Assembly (NCBI GenBank): GCA_951406725.2 | Contig: OX597821.1 | Coordinates: 48,422,001-48,486,000 of the forward strand | Length of the DNA: 64,000 nt | Reading direction: 5' to 3' | Source of the DNA: Octopus vulgaris | Lineage: Eukaryota | In this document: positions 1 to 12,188 of the stretch, piece by piece | Layout: the number at the start of each line of letters is the position of its first letter | Position numbering within the stretch: position 1 is the stretch's first letter | The notes under the pieces: model-generated | What the model was told of the DNA's origin: nothing | Seen by the model: the letters and a program-made list of their open reading frames with translations, nothing else | Database searches by the model: none | Program-made: the position numbers and the translations under genes

Positions 1-497
1 CACCAGAAAGACAGATTTTTAGTGCAGTAACAAACTTTCATGCAATGAGATTAGATTTGGCTAGGTTTTTCAACACGTTGGTTGTAAATAAACACTGCTA
101 TTCTTTTAAAATGTTGGGTTACAGATCTGATTTTAAAATGTGTTTATATGTAATTGAATGATATGGTAAAAAAAAAAAATAATTTAGTGTGGTTAAATGT
201 ATTAAGTGCCCCAGCATGGCCTCAGTCTAATGACTGAAACAAGTAAAAAGATAAAAAAGAAAGATTATTAAAATAGACTTTGCCTTGAACATTGAATTTG
301 TTTTGTACTGTTCAGTTAAGAGATTCCTGTAGATCAGTAGACAACTCCAGGTGGATTTGTAGAGATGAGCATTTTATAAGAGAAATATATGGGATCAGGT
401 TCTCACTTTCTTCTCCAAGATCAAGAAAGAGTAAACCTCCACTAGGTAAGAGAATTAATTATCTATTGTGTAATCTCTTTTTTGCCAGCCTCCTCTC

Positions 498-592
498 ATA
501 AAAAGCACCCACTACACTCACATAGTGGTTGGTGTTATGAAGGGTATCCAGCTGTAGAAACACTGCCAGATGAGACCGAAGCCTGGTGCAGT
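498..592 (+). mobile_element. Fragment of RTE-type LINE 3' UTR repeat
   Basis: aaaagcacccactacact...aagggtatccagctgtagaaacactgccaga matches the 3' UTR that follows the RTE ORF end at 61360-61948 and the copy at 42268-42547. Confidence 0.7.
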
Positions 593-607
593 ATATGAAA
601 TTAATAT

Positions 608-1011
608 AAACAGCAATGTTTCACCAAAAAGGAGAAAAACAAATGTCATTAAATGTGACTAGGGTGTTAGGAAACACTTACGTTGCTAGAAAGAAGAGCT
701 AAAACGCTCTAATGTTGTAGTTAACACACATGAATGAAAACATATACACTAAGAGGGACCATAATTGTTTGAAAAGTGCTGATCAAAAATGCTTAATACT
801 GATGCACTGCCTTATCAGTTAAGACTGCTTAATTGTTTGGCTCTTTCTTGACTTGCTTCACCATTAATATTTATGCTTTCCTCATCCAAATTGGATGATT
901 TAGTGTAGTTTAGCTCTTATTTCTAACAATGTAGGTGTTTCCTAACACTCTAATCACATTTAGAGAGATTTGTAATTCTCCTTTTTGGGGAAACACTGCA
1001 AACTGCTGTTT
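608..1011. mobile_element. MITE-like element with ~100-bp diverged terminal inverted repeats, TA-flanked
   Basis: 608-710 (aaacagcaatgtttcaccaaaaaggag...agagctaaa) is the reverse complement, with mismatches, of 909-1011 (tttagctctt...ctcctttttggggaaacactgc...gctgttt). Confidence 0.7.
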
Positions 1012-1214
1012 ATATATATATATAGCAAATGAAAGACAGAAGCTGGAAGATACGAGAATTTATTAATCACGACAATTATTTCAATACATCTAGCATCAAT
1101 CCCTCATGGGATATATATATAATATACACTCATGCACATACACATACATTTATATATGAACCAGTATATGGATTATTTAGAAACAGTTTTGAAATAAATT
1201 TGATCAAGACACTT

Positions 1215-1515
1215 CCCTCAGTTCCTTCTCAAGCCATGCCTGGCTCATAAGGGCCGGTTTCCCGGTTTCCTTGGCATATAGGTTCCCCACCTGGACGGGA
1301 TGCTGGTCCGTCACAGGTGAGCTGCAAGATGCAGGAGAAAAGAGTGAGAGAAAGTTGTGGCGAAAGTATCAGCAGAAGTTCTCCATTACCTTCTGTCAGA
1401 GCCATGTGGAACTTAAGCGTTTTGCTCATAAACACACACATTGCCTGGTCTGAGATTCGAACCCACAATCCCTCAACCGTGAGTCCACTAGGCTATCTGT
1501 CTCCACACTTCCCTC
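1215..1515 (-). mobile_element. tRNA-derived SINE (family C)
   Basis: B-box-like gggttcgaatctc on the minus strand near 1455-1465; body resembles the + copy at 43353-43506. Confidence 0.7.
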
Positions 1516-3279
1516 AGTAACTTCTAAGGAGTTATATATACTGGAATACGGCCATAATAATAATAATAAATAAAGGGTTATACCAATATATATAACTGTG
1601 AAGATGGCCAAATGACAGAGTTGTGAGAGCAGAGAATAGACTACCTTGTGGTGTTTGTTCCATTCTTTATACTGAGTTCAAATCCTACAATGTCATTTAC
1701 TTTCATCATTTCAGAATCAGTAAAATATATCCAATCTAGGACAGTGAATTGACAGAAATACAAGAATGCATATTGGGTGTCTTGTGGTGTTTGTTCTAGC
1801 TCTTTGCATTTTGAGTTCAACTGCTGTTATGTGTGGTGTGTATAGTCCATTGCTTGGTTTAACACTCTTGCCTGGCACCTTGGCTACTTTTAGAAGAGTT
1901 AACTGTGTTGCAAATATTCAGGCCAGCTCTGTTTTGCAAATATTTCCCTGTCTTTCCATCCCAACAGGTTTGGTGGATCTGTAAAGTAGGAGGTGCTGTC
2001 TCTTCCCAGGTTAATTGATTAAAATAAAAGTGGTTGCAGTAATGTATATCAGATCACCATTAGTGATAATTTACTGTAGAACATAATGATAATGACAACC
2101 TACCAATCACTACCTTGTAGTGATTGGACAAGAACTGGCATATTGTTAAAGGAATCAAGGCTAAATACTGAGGTATGTAATTTAATACTTTTGTTCTCCT
2201 GGAAATATAACATTAAGTATTTTTGAAGGTAGAAAATAGACAAAAGACAGAAACAAGAAGAAAGAATTTATATTTTATTTCTTTTTTACGGTTGTCTTTT
2301 AAATATGTTTTCTTAAAGTTTATACCACCTTCACAGATCATTAAGAAATATCATAGTATCTTTTATTCATCTGATTGAATATGTGTGGCAACATTTGTAA
2401 GTTTATCATCATATATCTAGGTAAATATAAGTGCATATATATACATTAGTAAGTATATGTTTATGTCTGCAAAATTTTTTGTTCCAGTAAACAAGATGGT
2501 TCTTCTCTTTAATTTGTTTTGTTTCTTTTTTACTGTTAAAAATAATTTCCATTCTCCAAAATTTTTGGCTTCAATTTTTTTTATTTAATTGACTCTTTTG
2601 ACATTGTTCAACTTCTGTACAAAATTATAATTATATTATAATTTCTTTAAACTAAATATGAAAAACTTATAAAACAATTTTACAATACAAGGGAGCAAAA
2701 TTGTAAATTGAAAGTCTGTTTACAACACTTACTGATCCAGAATGGTGAACAACAAACTTGATAAATCAACTTGTAAACAAACTTGTAAACTTAATTTGAG
2801 AAAAAAAAAATCAATCTTCAAGATCTGTTATTGAAATTTTTGAAGAAAACATAATTTTCAAATATAATGTTGCTAATGCCTCTAGTCACAGTTGTCTCTT
2901 TCAGTTTAAAATAAAAAGAAATTTCAGGTTTATCAAATAGACAAGACAAGAATTTAACATGTCTAATGCATTTTCTTCAGACATTTGTGGTTACAGGGAA
3001 AAATAAAGAAAATGGAGCTGGGAAATGAAAATATCACAAAACAAAAGTATATTATGTATTTAGTCACAGAGCTTAATTTCTCTCACCTGTAGAAGTAGAA
3101 ACTAGTTGTTGCAAAACAAATAGTTTCAGTATTATGTTTAATAGACAATAACCATTCCCTCACAACCAGTAAAATTGTCACAATTTTGAAACTTTTAAGT
3201 GGATTTAGAAAGTAAACTAGTATAAGAAATAGTCACCTATTTCTTAAACTAGTTTACTTTCTAAACATTTTTGAAGTGT

Positions 3280-3480
3280 TTCAAATGTTGGCACAAGGCC
3301 AGCAATTTTAGAAGGGAGTGGTACTAGTGATTTCACTAATGTCAGTATCTGACTGGTACTTTGTGTTATTGACCCCAAGAGAATGAAAATCGAAGTTGAC
3401 ATTAGTAGAATATGAACTCAGAACTAATGAGTGATAAATATTACCAGGCATTTTGACCAACACTCTAACAATCCTAAAAA
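3280..3480 (-). mobile_element. SINE family B, diverged
   Basis: Reverse complement of the gagttcaaattc...gactttgcctttcatcc...aagtaccag...ggccttgtgcc motif series. Confidence 0.65.
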
Positions 3481-3524
3481 ACTTCCTGCTTTCATGTCTC
3501 ACTTAATATTCATCATAAGAAATG

Positions 3525-3735
3525 CAGTGAACTAGTAGGATCGTTAGCATGCTGGGCAAAATACTTAGTGACATTTTGTCCATCCTTACATTGAGTTCAA
3601 ATTCTGCTGAAGTTGACTTTGCCTTTCACTATTTTCAGCATTGATAAAATAAGAACCAGTAGAGTACTGGAATTGATGTAATTGACTTATCCCTCCCACA
3701 AAACTGCTGGCCTGGTGCCAAAATTTGTAACCAAT
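3525..3735 (+). mobile_element. SINE family B
   Basis: gttagcatgctgggcaaaatacttag...gagttcaaattctgctgaagttgactttgcctttc...gctggcctggtgccaaaatttg; same family as 43514-43727. Confidence 0.75.
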
Positions 3736-3845
3736 ATGTGTCATATATAATTCTTACAGAGCCTTCTTTTTTAAGTTTGATAATTATTTCTTATAATGAT
3801 GGTGATGTTGTAACAATTCTGTTAGGATTAATAATTTTTCTGCAG

Positions 3846-3970
3846 AATATTTATTCCACCATTCACTGGAAGCTGTTGCTAGTCACACACACTGATGTAA
3901 GCAGTGGTACCTACTTTACTAGAGGGACATTACACAGTCTACTGGTTATCTACTCTTGCTTGACCATGAG
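3846..3970 (+). other. Possible spliced exon (unknown gene or lncRNA)
   Basis: Acceptor tttttctgcag| and donor GAG|gtaagc in non-repetitive sequence. Only one frame is open (NIYSTIHWKLLLV...) and I do not recognise it. Confidence 0.25.
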
Positions 3971-4787
3971 GTAAGCTTTTAGCACCAATCTATACAGAGA
4001 CTCTTCAATGCAATCATTTGATCTGTGAAAAGTAACAACCAAATTTCCTTTAAATTACATCCTACCATTTCAAAAAATATAGTCCAAGATAGACTTGACT
4101 TGAAATAAAAGATGAAATGATAATGACTGGAATTCATATGGCTATAGGCCAGTTCGATGTAGCAGGCATGAGCAACAACAACAACAACAACAAAGCAACA
4201 ATAGTTTCAGATGACCAACATACCTGTAATTGCAATATAAATATTTCAAGCCTATAATTTGCCAAATATCATCTCAAATTAATGTCAAGTAGAAGTTAAA
4301 ACCTACTATTTAAGTTCAGTGCTTTGCTGTCCATTTGGGTTCCACTGGATTAATAACGGTAAACAGACAGCAAAGAGTAGAGAAGAGCAAATCTTTCAGG
4401 GGGGGAAACATTTGACACTCTAAATGCTTGCTTCCAGAACTTTCAGGATTACTTTTGTGTTATGAAACATGGAATTAAGAAGTTTTTAGTTTTGACAGTC
4501 TGAATGTTTGAGTGGATACACACACACACACACACATAGCAAACAAACATACATTTACTTACATATTTACACACACTCATTAATATACACCTGTCCATAG
4601 TGATTAGAACTAAGTAAATATTGAATATTTTAAATGTAATTTTTTCAAAAGAAAATATAATAGATATATAAATTCTATTTGCCTTGCTCTTTCTCTATCT
4701 CTCCTAACTCATGCCAGCATGGAAAGTGGACATGAAAATTTGATGATTGTGAGATGACAATGACACATATACATATACTCTCTCTCC

Positions 4788-4821
<34 letters not shown>

Positions 4822-4937
4822 TCAAAACATGTTTAAATTTGTATGTTCAAATTTTCTTTAAGAGTCCTCACTATATTGATGTTTATTCAAATATTCAGAG
4901 TTGTCACTACTTTGAGTTATATTTGTGAATGCATATT

Positions 4938-4977
<40 letters not shown>

Positions 4978-5195
4978 GAAGAAAAAAAGAAAGAAAAAAG
5001 AAAGGAAGGAAGAAAAAAGAAAGGAAGGAAGAAAGTAAGGAGAGAAAGAAAGAAAGAAAGAAAAAAGGAAAAAGAAAAGAAAGAAAGAAAGGAAGGAAGA
5101 AAGTGAAGAGAGAAAGAAAGAAAAAAAGAAAAAAGGAAAAAGAAAAGAAAGAAAGAAAGAAAGAAAGAAAGAAAAAAGTGAGGAGAGAAAGAGGC
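4938..5195 (+). repeat. (GAAA)n-rich polypurine microsatellite
   Basis: Visible GAAA/GGAA runs with internal higher-order duplication; source of the K/E/R and F/L/S ORFs. Confidence 0.95.
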
Positions 5196-5494
5196 AAACA
5201 AACGAAGAAAATGGAGAAATTGGGAAAATAAGTGTTAGAAATTAATATTTTGTAGCCATTGTTGCTGTTTAGCCCGAGGTCAAGCTCAATAATGGAGCAA
5301 ATCTATCATCAAAAGTGTCGCAACAATAACCATCCTTGATAGTCATATTATTAATATGACTATCAAAGATGCTTTCCTACCACCCATTTTTTTAGTCTTT
5401 CAGCATTCAGATTATTTTGCCAAATGTAATGCTTTTATATTGTTTTTAATTAATAATGCATTATTTTGTAGCTTCAAAATTATGGTGATGTGAT

Positions 5495-5705
5495 TACTCT
5501 TTAACTCTTTTACTTGTTTCAGTCATTTTTAACTGTGGCCATGCTGGATCACCACCTTTAGTCACACAAATCGACCCCCAGGACTTATTCGCTGTAAGCC
5601 TAGTAATTATTCTATCAGTCTCTTTTGCTGAACTACGGGGACGTAAACACACCAGCATCGGTTGTCAAGCAATGTTGGGGGGAATAAGACAGACACACAA
5701 ACACA

Positions 5706-5742
<37 letters not shown>

Positions 5743-6452
5743 CGGCAGTTTGTCTGTCTGTGTGTCTGTGTGTCTGTCAGGTTGTACCCTCACCCTGACT
5801 ACGGCTTTCAACCAATTCTGATGAAACTTGACACACACATAGCCCAATGTCATAATTCAAAACTAACGCAGCGAAAATTTTGAAAAGTTCCCCCAGTTTT
5901 GAAAAAAATCGTTAAATTCGACATGAGGTCGAGAATCTAAGCTTTCTATATGCAACACATTTTCTGTTGTAGTTTTCGCAACTTGCAATCGATTTTCACC
6001 AAACTCATGGTGAAGCTTAATGTTACCCTAAGAAACTTAATTCTGACGTTAGTTTTCCATGCAATACCTTACCATCAGAAAAAATCGATAAAATCATGCC
6101 ATTTTGGGAAATCGCGTTTTCGCCCAAAGGGACAGCTAGGAGCATCGTATACACAGAAGACATTGCAACCTACACATGCACCTTCGTTTCCTAGAGGGAA
6201 AGGACTAGATTGGGATTAGTCGTTGCCTACTAGGAACTCTTACATACCCGGGCAACGCCGGGCTATGCTGCTAGTATATACATATATACAACGGGCTTCT
6301 TTCAGTTTCCATCTACCAAATCCACTCAGAAGGCTTTGGTCGGCCTGAGACTATAGTAGAAGACACTTGCCCAAGGTGCCACGCAGTGGGACTGAACCCA
6401 GAACCATGTGGTTGGTAAGCAAGCTACTTACCACACAGCCACTCCTATGCCT
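5495..6452 (-). mobile_element. Octopus-type tRNA-derived SINE (family A), split by a Helitron insertion
   Basis: 3' half 5495-5705 (ttttacttgtttcagtc...) and 5' half 6275-6452 (...gggactgaaccc...ccacacagccactcc) are collinear with the intact copy at 44441-44850. Confidence 0.9.
5707..6274 (+). mobile_element. Non-autonomous Helitron
   Basis: 3' hairpin cccgg-gcaac-gccggg followed by ctatgctgCTAG|T. The 5' end is buried in (TA)n. No TSD; inserted in the SINE's central microsatellite. Confidence 0.8.
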
Positions 6453-6732
6453 GTATTGTATATTTTATAATCAGATTGAAGAGTAGATGTGATAAGCTGG
6501 ATCTGGCTGGCTAGAACATAAAATAGGTAGCATATATGGGTCAAATATGGCTTGTTTAAATGCTAAAATAGTTAATGCAGAAGAATTCAGTTGCTTTTAC
6601 TTGCTAAGATGAGCATTTGCTCTGAGAATAGGTGAGGAAACACTCACATTGAAAAAAGAAGCAAACAAAAACACCTGCTGATGAAGTTAAGAAAAACACA
6701 CACATGATTGAGTTGAAGCACCAAAGCAGTAA

Positions 6733-7096
6733 TCTCTCTTTATATAAACGGCAAAATGTCTGTGTGCGTGTCCTTTATACAAATCCATAATTTTTCAATT
6801 AGAGGGCTCGCACTTTCTATGGTCATTTAAAACTGACCAAGGGTGGTTGTGCACATCTTTACATTTCCCTAGTCACCCCGCAAAGCCATTAAAAAATCAA
6901 TAGAAGTGACTTTTTTGTGAATTTTCTATCCAAAACCCAATCAAAATGCCCAAAACTTGATACGCCTATTGAATGCCAGCTAGCTGCATGTGATTGGTCG
7001 GAGATTTGTTCAGTATTCGTGTGTATGTGTGCACGCACACAGCTATATATGCATGCACTAGCACTATGACCCAGTGTTGCTGGGTCATAGTGCTAG
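6733..7096 (+). mobile_element. Non-autonomous Helitron
   Basis: A|TC start (tctctctttatataaacggc), CTAG|T end, long subterminal hairpin. Confidence 0.8.
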
Positions 7097-7604
7097 TTTA
7101 ATATAATTTGCATAATGAGAATGTAATGTGAAATATTCATTATTCTCCTCCATACAGAGCTTCCTCTGAGAATGTTTAGGTACATGTAATTCACTCCTGG
7201 AAATAACAAGACTTCTCACCTTTCGTGTAGAGCTACCTTTATTATTTGGATACTGAGAAACATTAGTTTAGATGTAAAGATAATGATAAGAAATTGGAAC
7301 TGTGACACATTTTACCAGATAGTCAAATAGACAAAGATGGAAATGAAAGAGACCTTATGTGCTCAGATATTATCCAGTAAGATGTGTGTGTGTGTGTGTG
7401 TGCACGCATACACACATATATGTATATATGATGGCCGTCCACTCATGACCGAGGAAGACCATTGCTGACCATTGCGTGCTCTAGGACTAACTTATATTTT
7501 GCATTTGCAACTCTGGTGGGGACTAATGAGCCCTGCTCTTGACAAGCACACATAATTGCATAATGCATGTGTGTATATATCTATAATATATATAAAATTG
7601 AGTT

Positions 7605-7810
7605 TGTGTGTGTGTGTCAGTGTGTCTGTGTGTCAGTGTGTCTGTGTGTCTGTGTGTCAGTGTGTCAGTGTGTCAGTGTGTCTGTGTGTCAGTGTGTCAG
7701 TGTGTCTGTGTGTCAGTGTATTAGTGTGTCTGTGTGTCAGTGTGTCAGTGTGTTTGTGTGTCAGTGTGTTTGTGTGTCAGTGTGTGAGTGTCAGTGTGTT
7801 TGTGTGTATG
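7605..7810 (+). repeat. (TGTGTC/TGTCAG)-type compound microsatellite inside the Helitron 5' end
   Basis: Visible tandem gtgtgtca/gtgtgtct units. Confidence 0.9.
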
Positions 7811-8215
7811 TAAGCATTTATGTTTTTTATAGAAATCCCCATTCAATGTCCGATTGACTTCAAATTTTATAAACATACTCCATAAGGTCAGAGCTAGGTT
7901 ATGGCAAAGAAATCACCCCTGTGACCTGCATGCATGATCAGGGGCCATACACATAAAGTCATCTTATGCGCACATGTGTTGCTGAACTTTTGTTCATGCC
8001 TTAATTGCTCCGTTTTACACGTTAATGTGTTATTTTGGAGGGAGAGAGCAAAATGGATTTATTACTGGATTTATTGTTTTATTGTTTTAGTTTATGCACT
8101 TTGTGTTAGGCATTTGTGGAATTATTTTATGCTCCAGGAATTCACCTGAAACTTTTTACCTGTCAGTTTTAAAATAATTTGTCACATCTGGGTGAGTACA
8201 AAAATCTTTTAAGCT

Positions 8216-8625
8216 ATACTCTTTACTCTTTTACTTGTTTCAGTCATTTGACTGCGGCCATGCAGGAGCACCGCCTTTAGTCGAGCAAATCGACGCCGGG
8301 ACTTATTCTTTGTAAGCCCAGTACTTGTTCTATCGGTCTCTTTTACCAAACCGCTAAGTGCCGGGGATGTAAACACACCAGCATTGGTTGTCAAGCAATG
8401 CTAGGGGGACAAACACACACAAACACACACACATACACATATAAATATATATATACATATATACGACAGGCTTCTTTCAGTTTCCGTCTACCAAATCCAC
8501 TCACAAGACATTGGCTGGCCCGGGGCTATTGCAGAAGACACTTGCCCAAGATGCCATCCAGTGGGACTGAACCCGGAACCATGTGGTTGGTTAGCAAGCT
8601 ACTTACCACACAGCCACTCCTGCGC
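8216..8625 (-). mobile_element. SINE family A, full length, nested in Helitron
   Basis: Full collinear reverse-complement match to 44441-44850, including the A/B-box head and the tail. Confidence 0.92.
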
Positions 8626-8999
8626 TATGTTATAATATTTATGTGAACTTTGAACCTTACATTGTGGCAGGTTGTGTGAGATACTTGTACACCCAGTTTT
8701 GGTGAGTTTTTCTGTGAGACAAGGTTCAATTGGATTCTGAAAGCTTTGACAGAAGGTTAATGAGCACTACACCGGTCCTGTGATGTGGCATCAAGGGCTT
8801 CCACAGGAGCAGCCGAACCTGAACAGCAACATGATCAATGACGAGCCAACAACACAGCCTCAACAGCGTCTGCCCGAGCTGCTGAAACATCAGAACAGCG
8901 TTCCCAGCGGCGGTCACATAATGTGGCATCAAGGGCTTCCACACAAGCATTTGAACCTGAACAGCAACGTGCTCAATGGCAGTCCAGCAATGCAGCCTC

Positions 9000-9932
9000 T
9001 AGAGCGACCGTACAAAAGGAAATGCTGAGGAAAGAATGTCTCCTTTTAAACACCGCACGGTCGCCTTACAATAAAGCCAAAATAAATATGTATAATGAAT
9101 AAGAGTGCCAGTAAAGAATAAGAAAGAAGACGGCACAACCGATATGTTAAAGAGAAAAGGTTTTATTTATAGGTTAACTTGGGTGTCTGTGTGTTCATGT
9201 CATAAGAGTGTCTGTGTACGTGTGTGCGTTATAAGTGTGAGATAATAATACAAAGCATAGAAATGAGTAGATCACATAATATGTAAATAAATACTAGTTC
9301 GTAGTAAGAAGCGCAATAGTAATAGTTCTGTAGCAACGAGGCTGGTGGTCACAAGACAGATGCCGGTTGAACACATGTCCAGTAGTGGTTGTGGCTTCAA
9401 TGCTGTGCCGAGTTACTTGGTACAGCAGAATCTCGCAGGTAGAGTTAGCTGTTAACCTTGGTGAGTATTCACCAACAGCGTGTAGTTAAGCCGAGGCGAG
9501 TTACGTGAAGGTGATGGTGGTGAAGGCGACGATGGTGGAGTCGACGATGATGGAGGTCCCAAAATGCTTTGGTGGTGTAGTCACTGTCTGTCGCTGGAAC
9601 ATGGCTGAGTCTCTGGAACTGGCTGTCTGCTTTGTGGTCAGAGGTTAGTCCTAAGAAGGACTAGAACCAAAGACTAGTGATTCAATGGATCGCTGAGTTT
9701 TATAACAATCTAGAGGCTCCAGAAGAAAACCTGGAAGACTGTGTCACGGGACCTTATCAGAAGGTTGTGATTGGTTGGTTTACACATTGGCGCAAAATAA
9801 AGCAAGAGTTAAACCTGCACCAAAACCAACCAATCAGAGCAGCGGACACAACTGGGCCTAAGCAGCCGAAGGCTGGCTGTCATATGCCACGTCCGCATTT
9901 GTATTATATATTGTGTTTCACTAAGCGCTACA
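9000..9932 (-). mobile_element. Probable solo LTR inserted in the Helitron ORF
   Basis: 6-bp TSD agcctc at 8994-8999 and 9933-9938. Ends ...agcgctaCA, with a degenerate inverted start tagagcg. AATAAA on the minus strand near 9163. Removing it restores the Helitron repeat gcagcctcaacagcg. Confidence 0.7.
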
Positions 9933-10907
9933 AGCCTCAACAGCGTCTGTCCGAGCTGCTGAAACACCAGAACAGCATTCCCAGCGGCGGTTACGTAATG
10001 CGGCATCAAGGGCTTCCATACAAGCTGCCGAAACTGACAGCAACGTGCTCAATGACAAGCCAGCAATGCAGTCTCAACAGCGTCTGCCCGAGCTGCTGAA
10101 ACACCTGAACAGCATTCACGACGGTGGTCACGTAATGCTGCTTCAACTGCGTCCATGCAAGCTAACGCATCTGAACAGCAACGTGCTCAACGACGGTCCA
10201 GCAATGCAGCTGCTGTTCACAACGCCGAAGCTGATGAAGAAAGACAAAGCCTCCTTGCAGCTTCTGCCACTCGACGAGCCCTCCAGCAGGGTCTATCTGT
10301 TCCGTGCAGTACATGATGGTTAAGGGAAGTGTTCGATTATGAGCATGATCGTGATTACACCCACCACCCCGACTTGGTGATTTCCTCTATGCAAAAAGTT
10401 TACCCCTTCTGCAATTCAAGGAAATGGCCTGGAGAACCATCTGGCATGTGCTGTTCGAATGGAAAATCCTCTTTTTCAATTTGGACACCTGAACCATTGT
10501 GGTATCTTTTAACAGGCGCAGACGACGAATGCTGGCACTTACGGAGCAACACAGATGACATCATTTGGTGCAAATATCGTTTGGGATATTTAAAAAACCA
10601 CCATTCGATATCTTATACAAAATTCAAATTTTATATCTCTGAAGAGCAGAAGAGTTATCTGTAAATGCTTATCAATACAGGATTTCATTACAGGGACAGC
10701 ACTTCTGTGAAATGATCGTAAGATACTCTAAAAACTTAATTCAAACTTTTAAACAGTCATATACATTATATATTTATACTTATACATTTTTACATATATT
10801 TATATATATATTTATATTTTTAATACAACAATTAGTTTATATACGCATATATCTTTCTGAAGAATTTTCTAATATTGATTTCCTGATATTAATAATAATA
10901 TATTATA

Positions 10908-10946
<39 letters not shown>

Positions 10947-11156
10947 AACCACTATTATGTAATTCAAATGATAGACATAAACCAATTCATAAAGAAAAAA
11001 TAAATTATATTATAAAACATATAGCTAGATCACAAAAAGTACAAAAATGAATAAACAATATATAATAAGTATTATTATTATATATTACTTATTACTTATT
11101 ATATATTGTTTATTCATTTTTGTACTTTTTATGATCTTGTTTGGAGTTATACTCCC

Positions 11157-11171
11157 TATTATTATTATTAC

Positions 11172-11240
<69 letters not shown>

Positions 11241-11245
11241 CATCA

Positions 11246-11296
<51 letters not shown>

Positions 11297-11307
11297 CATT
11301 ATTATTA

Positions 11308-11338
<31 letters not shown>
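11157..11338 (+). repeat. (TAT)n then (TA)n microsatellites
   Basis: Directly visible. Confidence 0.97.
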
Positions 11339-11340
<2 letters not shown>

Positions 11341-11384
11341 ATAAAAGTATTTTACTGAGGAAACAGACATTGTGGATATAAATA

Positions 11385-11560
11385 GAGAAAGAGCAAAGAT
11401 GAAAAAACAGATTTGTTTTACAACATTTACAAGTATATTAGAGCCATGATAATAAAGATATACAATTTTGTACAAAATTGTATATCTTTATTATCATGGC
11501 TCTAATATACTTTTAAATCATGTGAAACAAATCTGTGTTTTTTAATCTTTTCTCTTTCTT
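11385..11560. repeat. Spacerless palindrome (perfect 41-bp arms 11431-11512, imperfect extension)
   Basis: aagtatattagagccatgataataaagatatacaattttgt|acaaaattgtatatctttattatcatggctctaatatactt. Confidence 0.9.
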
Positions 11561-11569
11561 TCTCTCTCA

Positions 11570-11622
<53 letters not shown>

Positions 11623-11697
11623 GGAAAATGTGTTGCTGAAAAATGCACTTAAATTTCAAAAACCTGTAAATGTTTAAAATACATTTATTTACATATA

Positions 11698-11739
11698 TAC
11701 CAAACTAGTTTCAACAGTATTTTTGGTTTATCAATGGTA
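11698..11739 (-). ncRNA. Minimal hammerhead-like motif, U3-A8 variant, weak stem II
   Basis: Minus strand reads UACCA-UUGAUAA-ACCAAAAAUACUGUU-GAAA-CUAG-UU-UGGUA. Confidence 0.4.
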
Positions 11740-11770
11740 AAATTGTAAAATTAGAAAAACATCGTTATAA

Positions 11771-11890
11771 GTTTCAATGTTGACAAATCAAAATGTTTCA
11801 ATGTTGACAAACTGAAATGTTTCAATGTTGTTAAATTAAAATGCTTCAATGCTGTTAAGTTAAAATATTTCAATGTTGGTAAATTATCAT
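11771..11890 (+). repeat. 24-bp minisatellite, 5 copies
   Basis: gtttcaatgttgacaaatcaaaat units, progressively diverging. Confidence 0.85.
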
Positions 11891-12066
11891 GTTCAAAAGA
11901 GAAGGTGTAAGTTTGAAATTAAAACTGTATATTAATTTGTTAGGATGTACAAGGTTCATTAATTTCAGTGGTGGCTGACAAGTCATACTGAAAAAAAAAA
12001 AACAGTATGAAAATTGAAATAGTAAAAAAAGGGGGAAAATTACAGTTTCTCAGATCTTTAAACAGC

Positions 12067-12188
12067 ATTGTGAATGGACTTGGTAGACAGAAACTGAAAG
12101 AAGCCTGTTGTATACATACATACATACATACATACATACATACATACATACATACATACATACATACATACATACATACATGCATATT

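Larger units (their letters stand above)
7580..10700 (+). mobile_element. Decayed 5' part of an autonomous Helitron (N-terminal repeats plus Cys-rich region), 3'-truncated
   Basis: A|TC start tctataatatatataaaattgag. 8780-10250 encodes ASARAAETPEQ/QRR-type repeats. 10329-10560 encodes FDYEHDRDY..HPDLVI..PFCNSRKWPGEPSGMCCSNGK...PEPLWYLLTG, typical of the Helitron Rep/Hel N-terminus. Contains stops and frameshifts. Confidence 0.8.

Noticed and set aside
2103-2127. 11-bp perfect hairpin (similar ones near 17250, 41722 and 56039)
   Set aside because: Short stems are common in AT-rich DNA and have no supporting context
4843-5231. K/E/R-rich ORFs
   Set aside because: Translation of the (GAAA)n microsatellite
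11771-11890. CRISPR-like appearance (gtttcaat... repeats)
   Set aside because: Contiguous 24-bp units with no unique spacers, no cas genes, eukaryotic context
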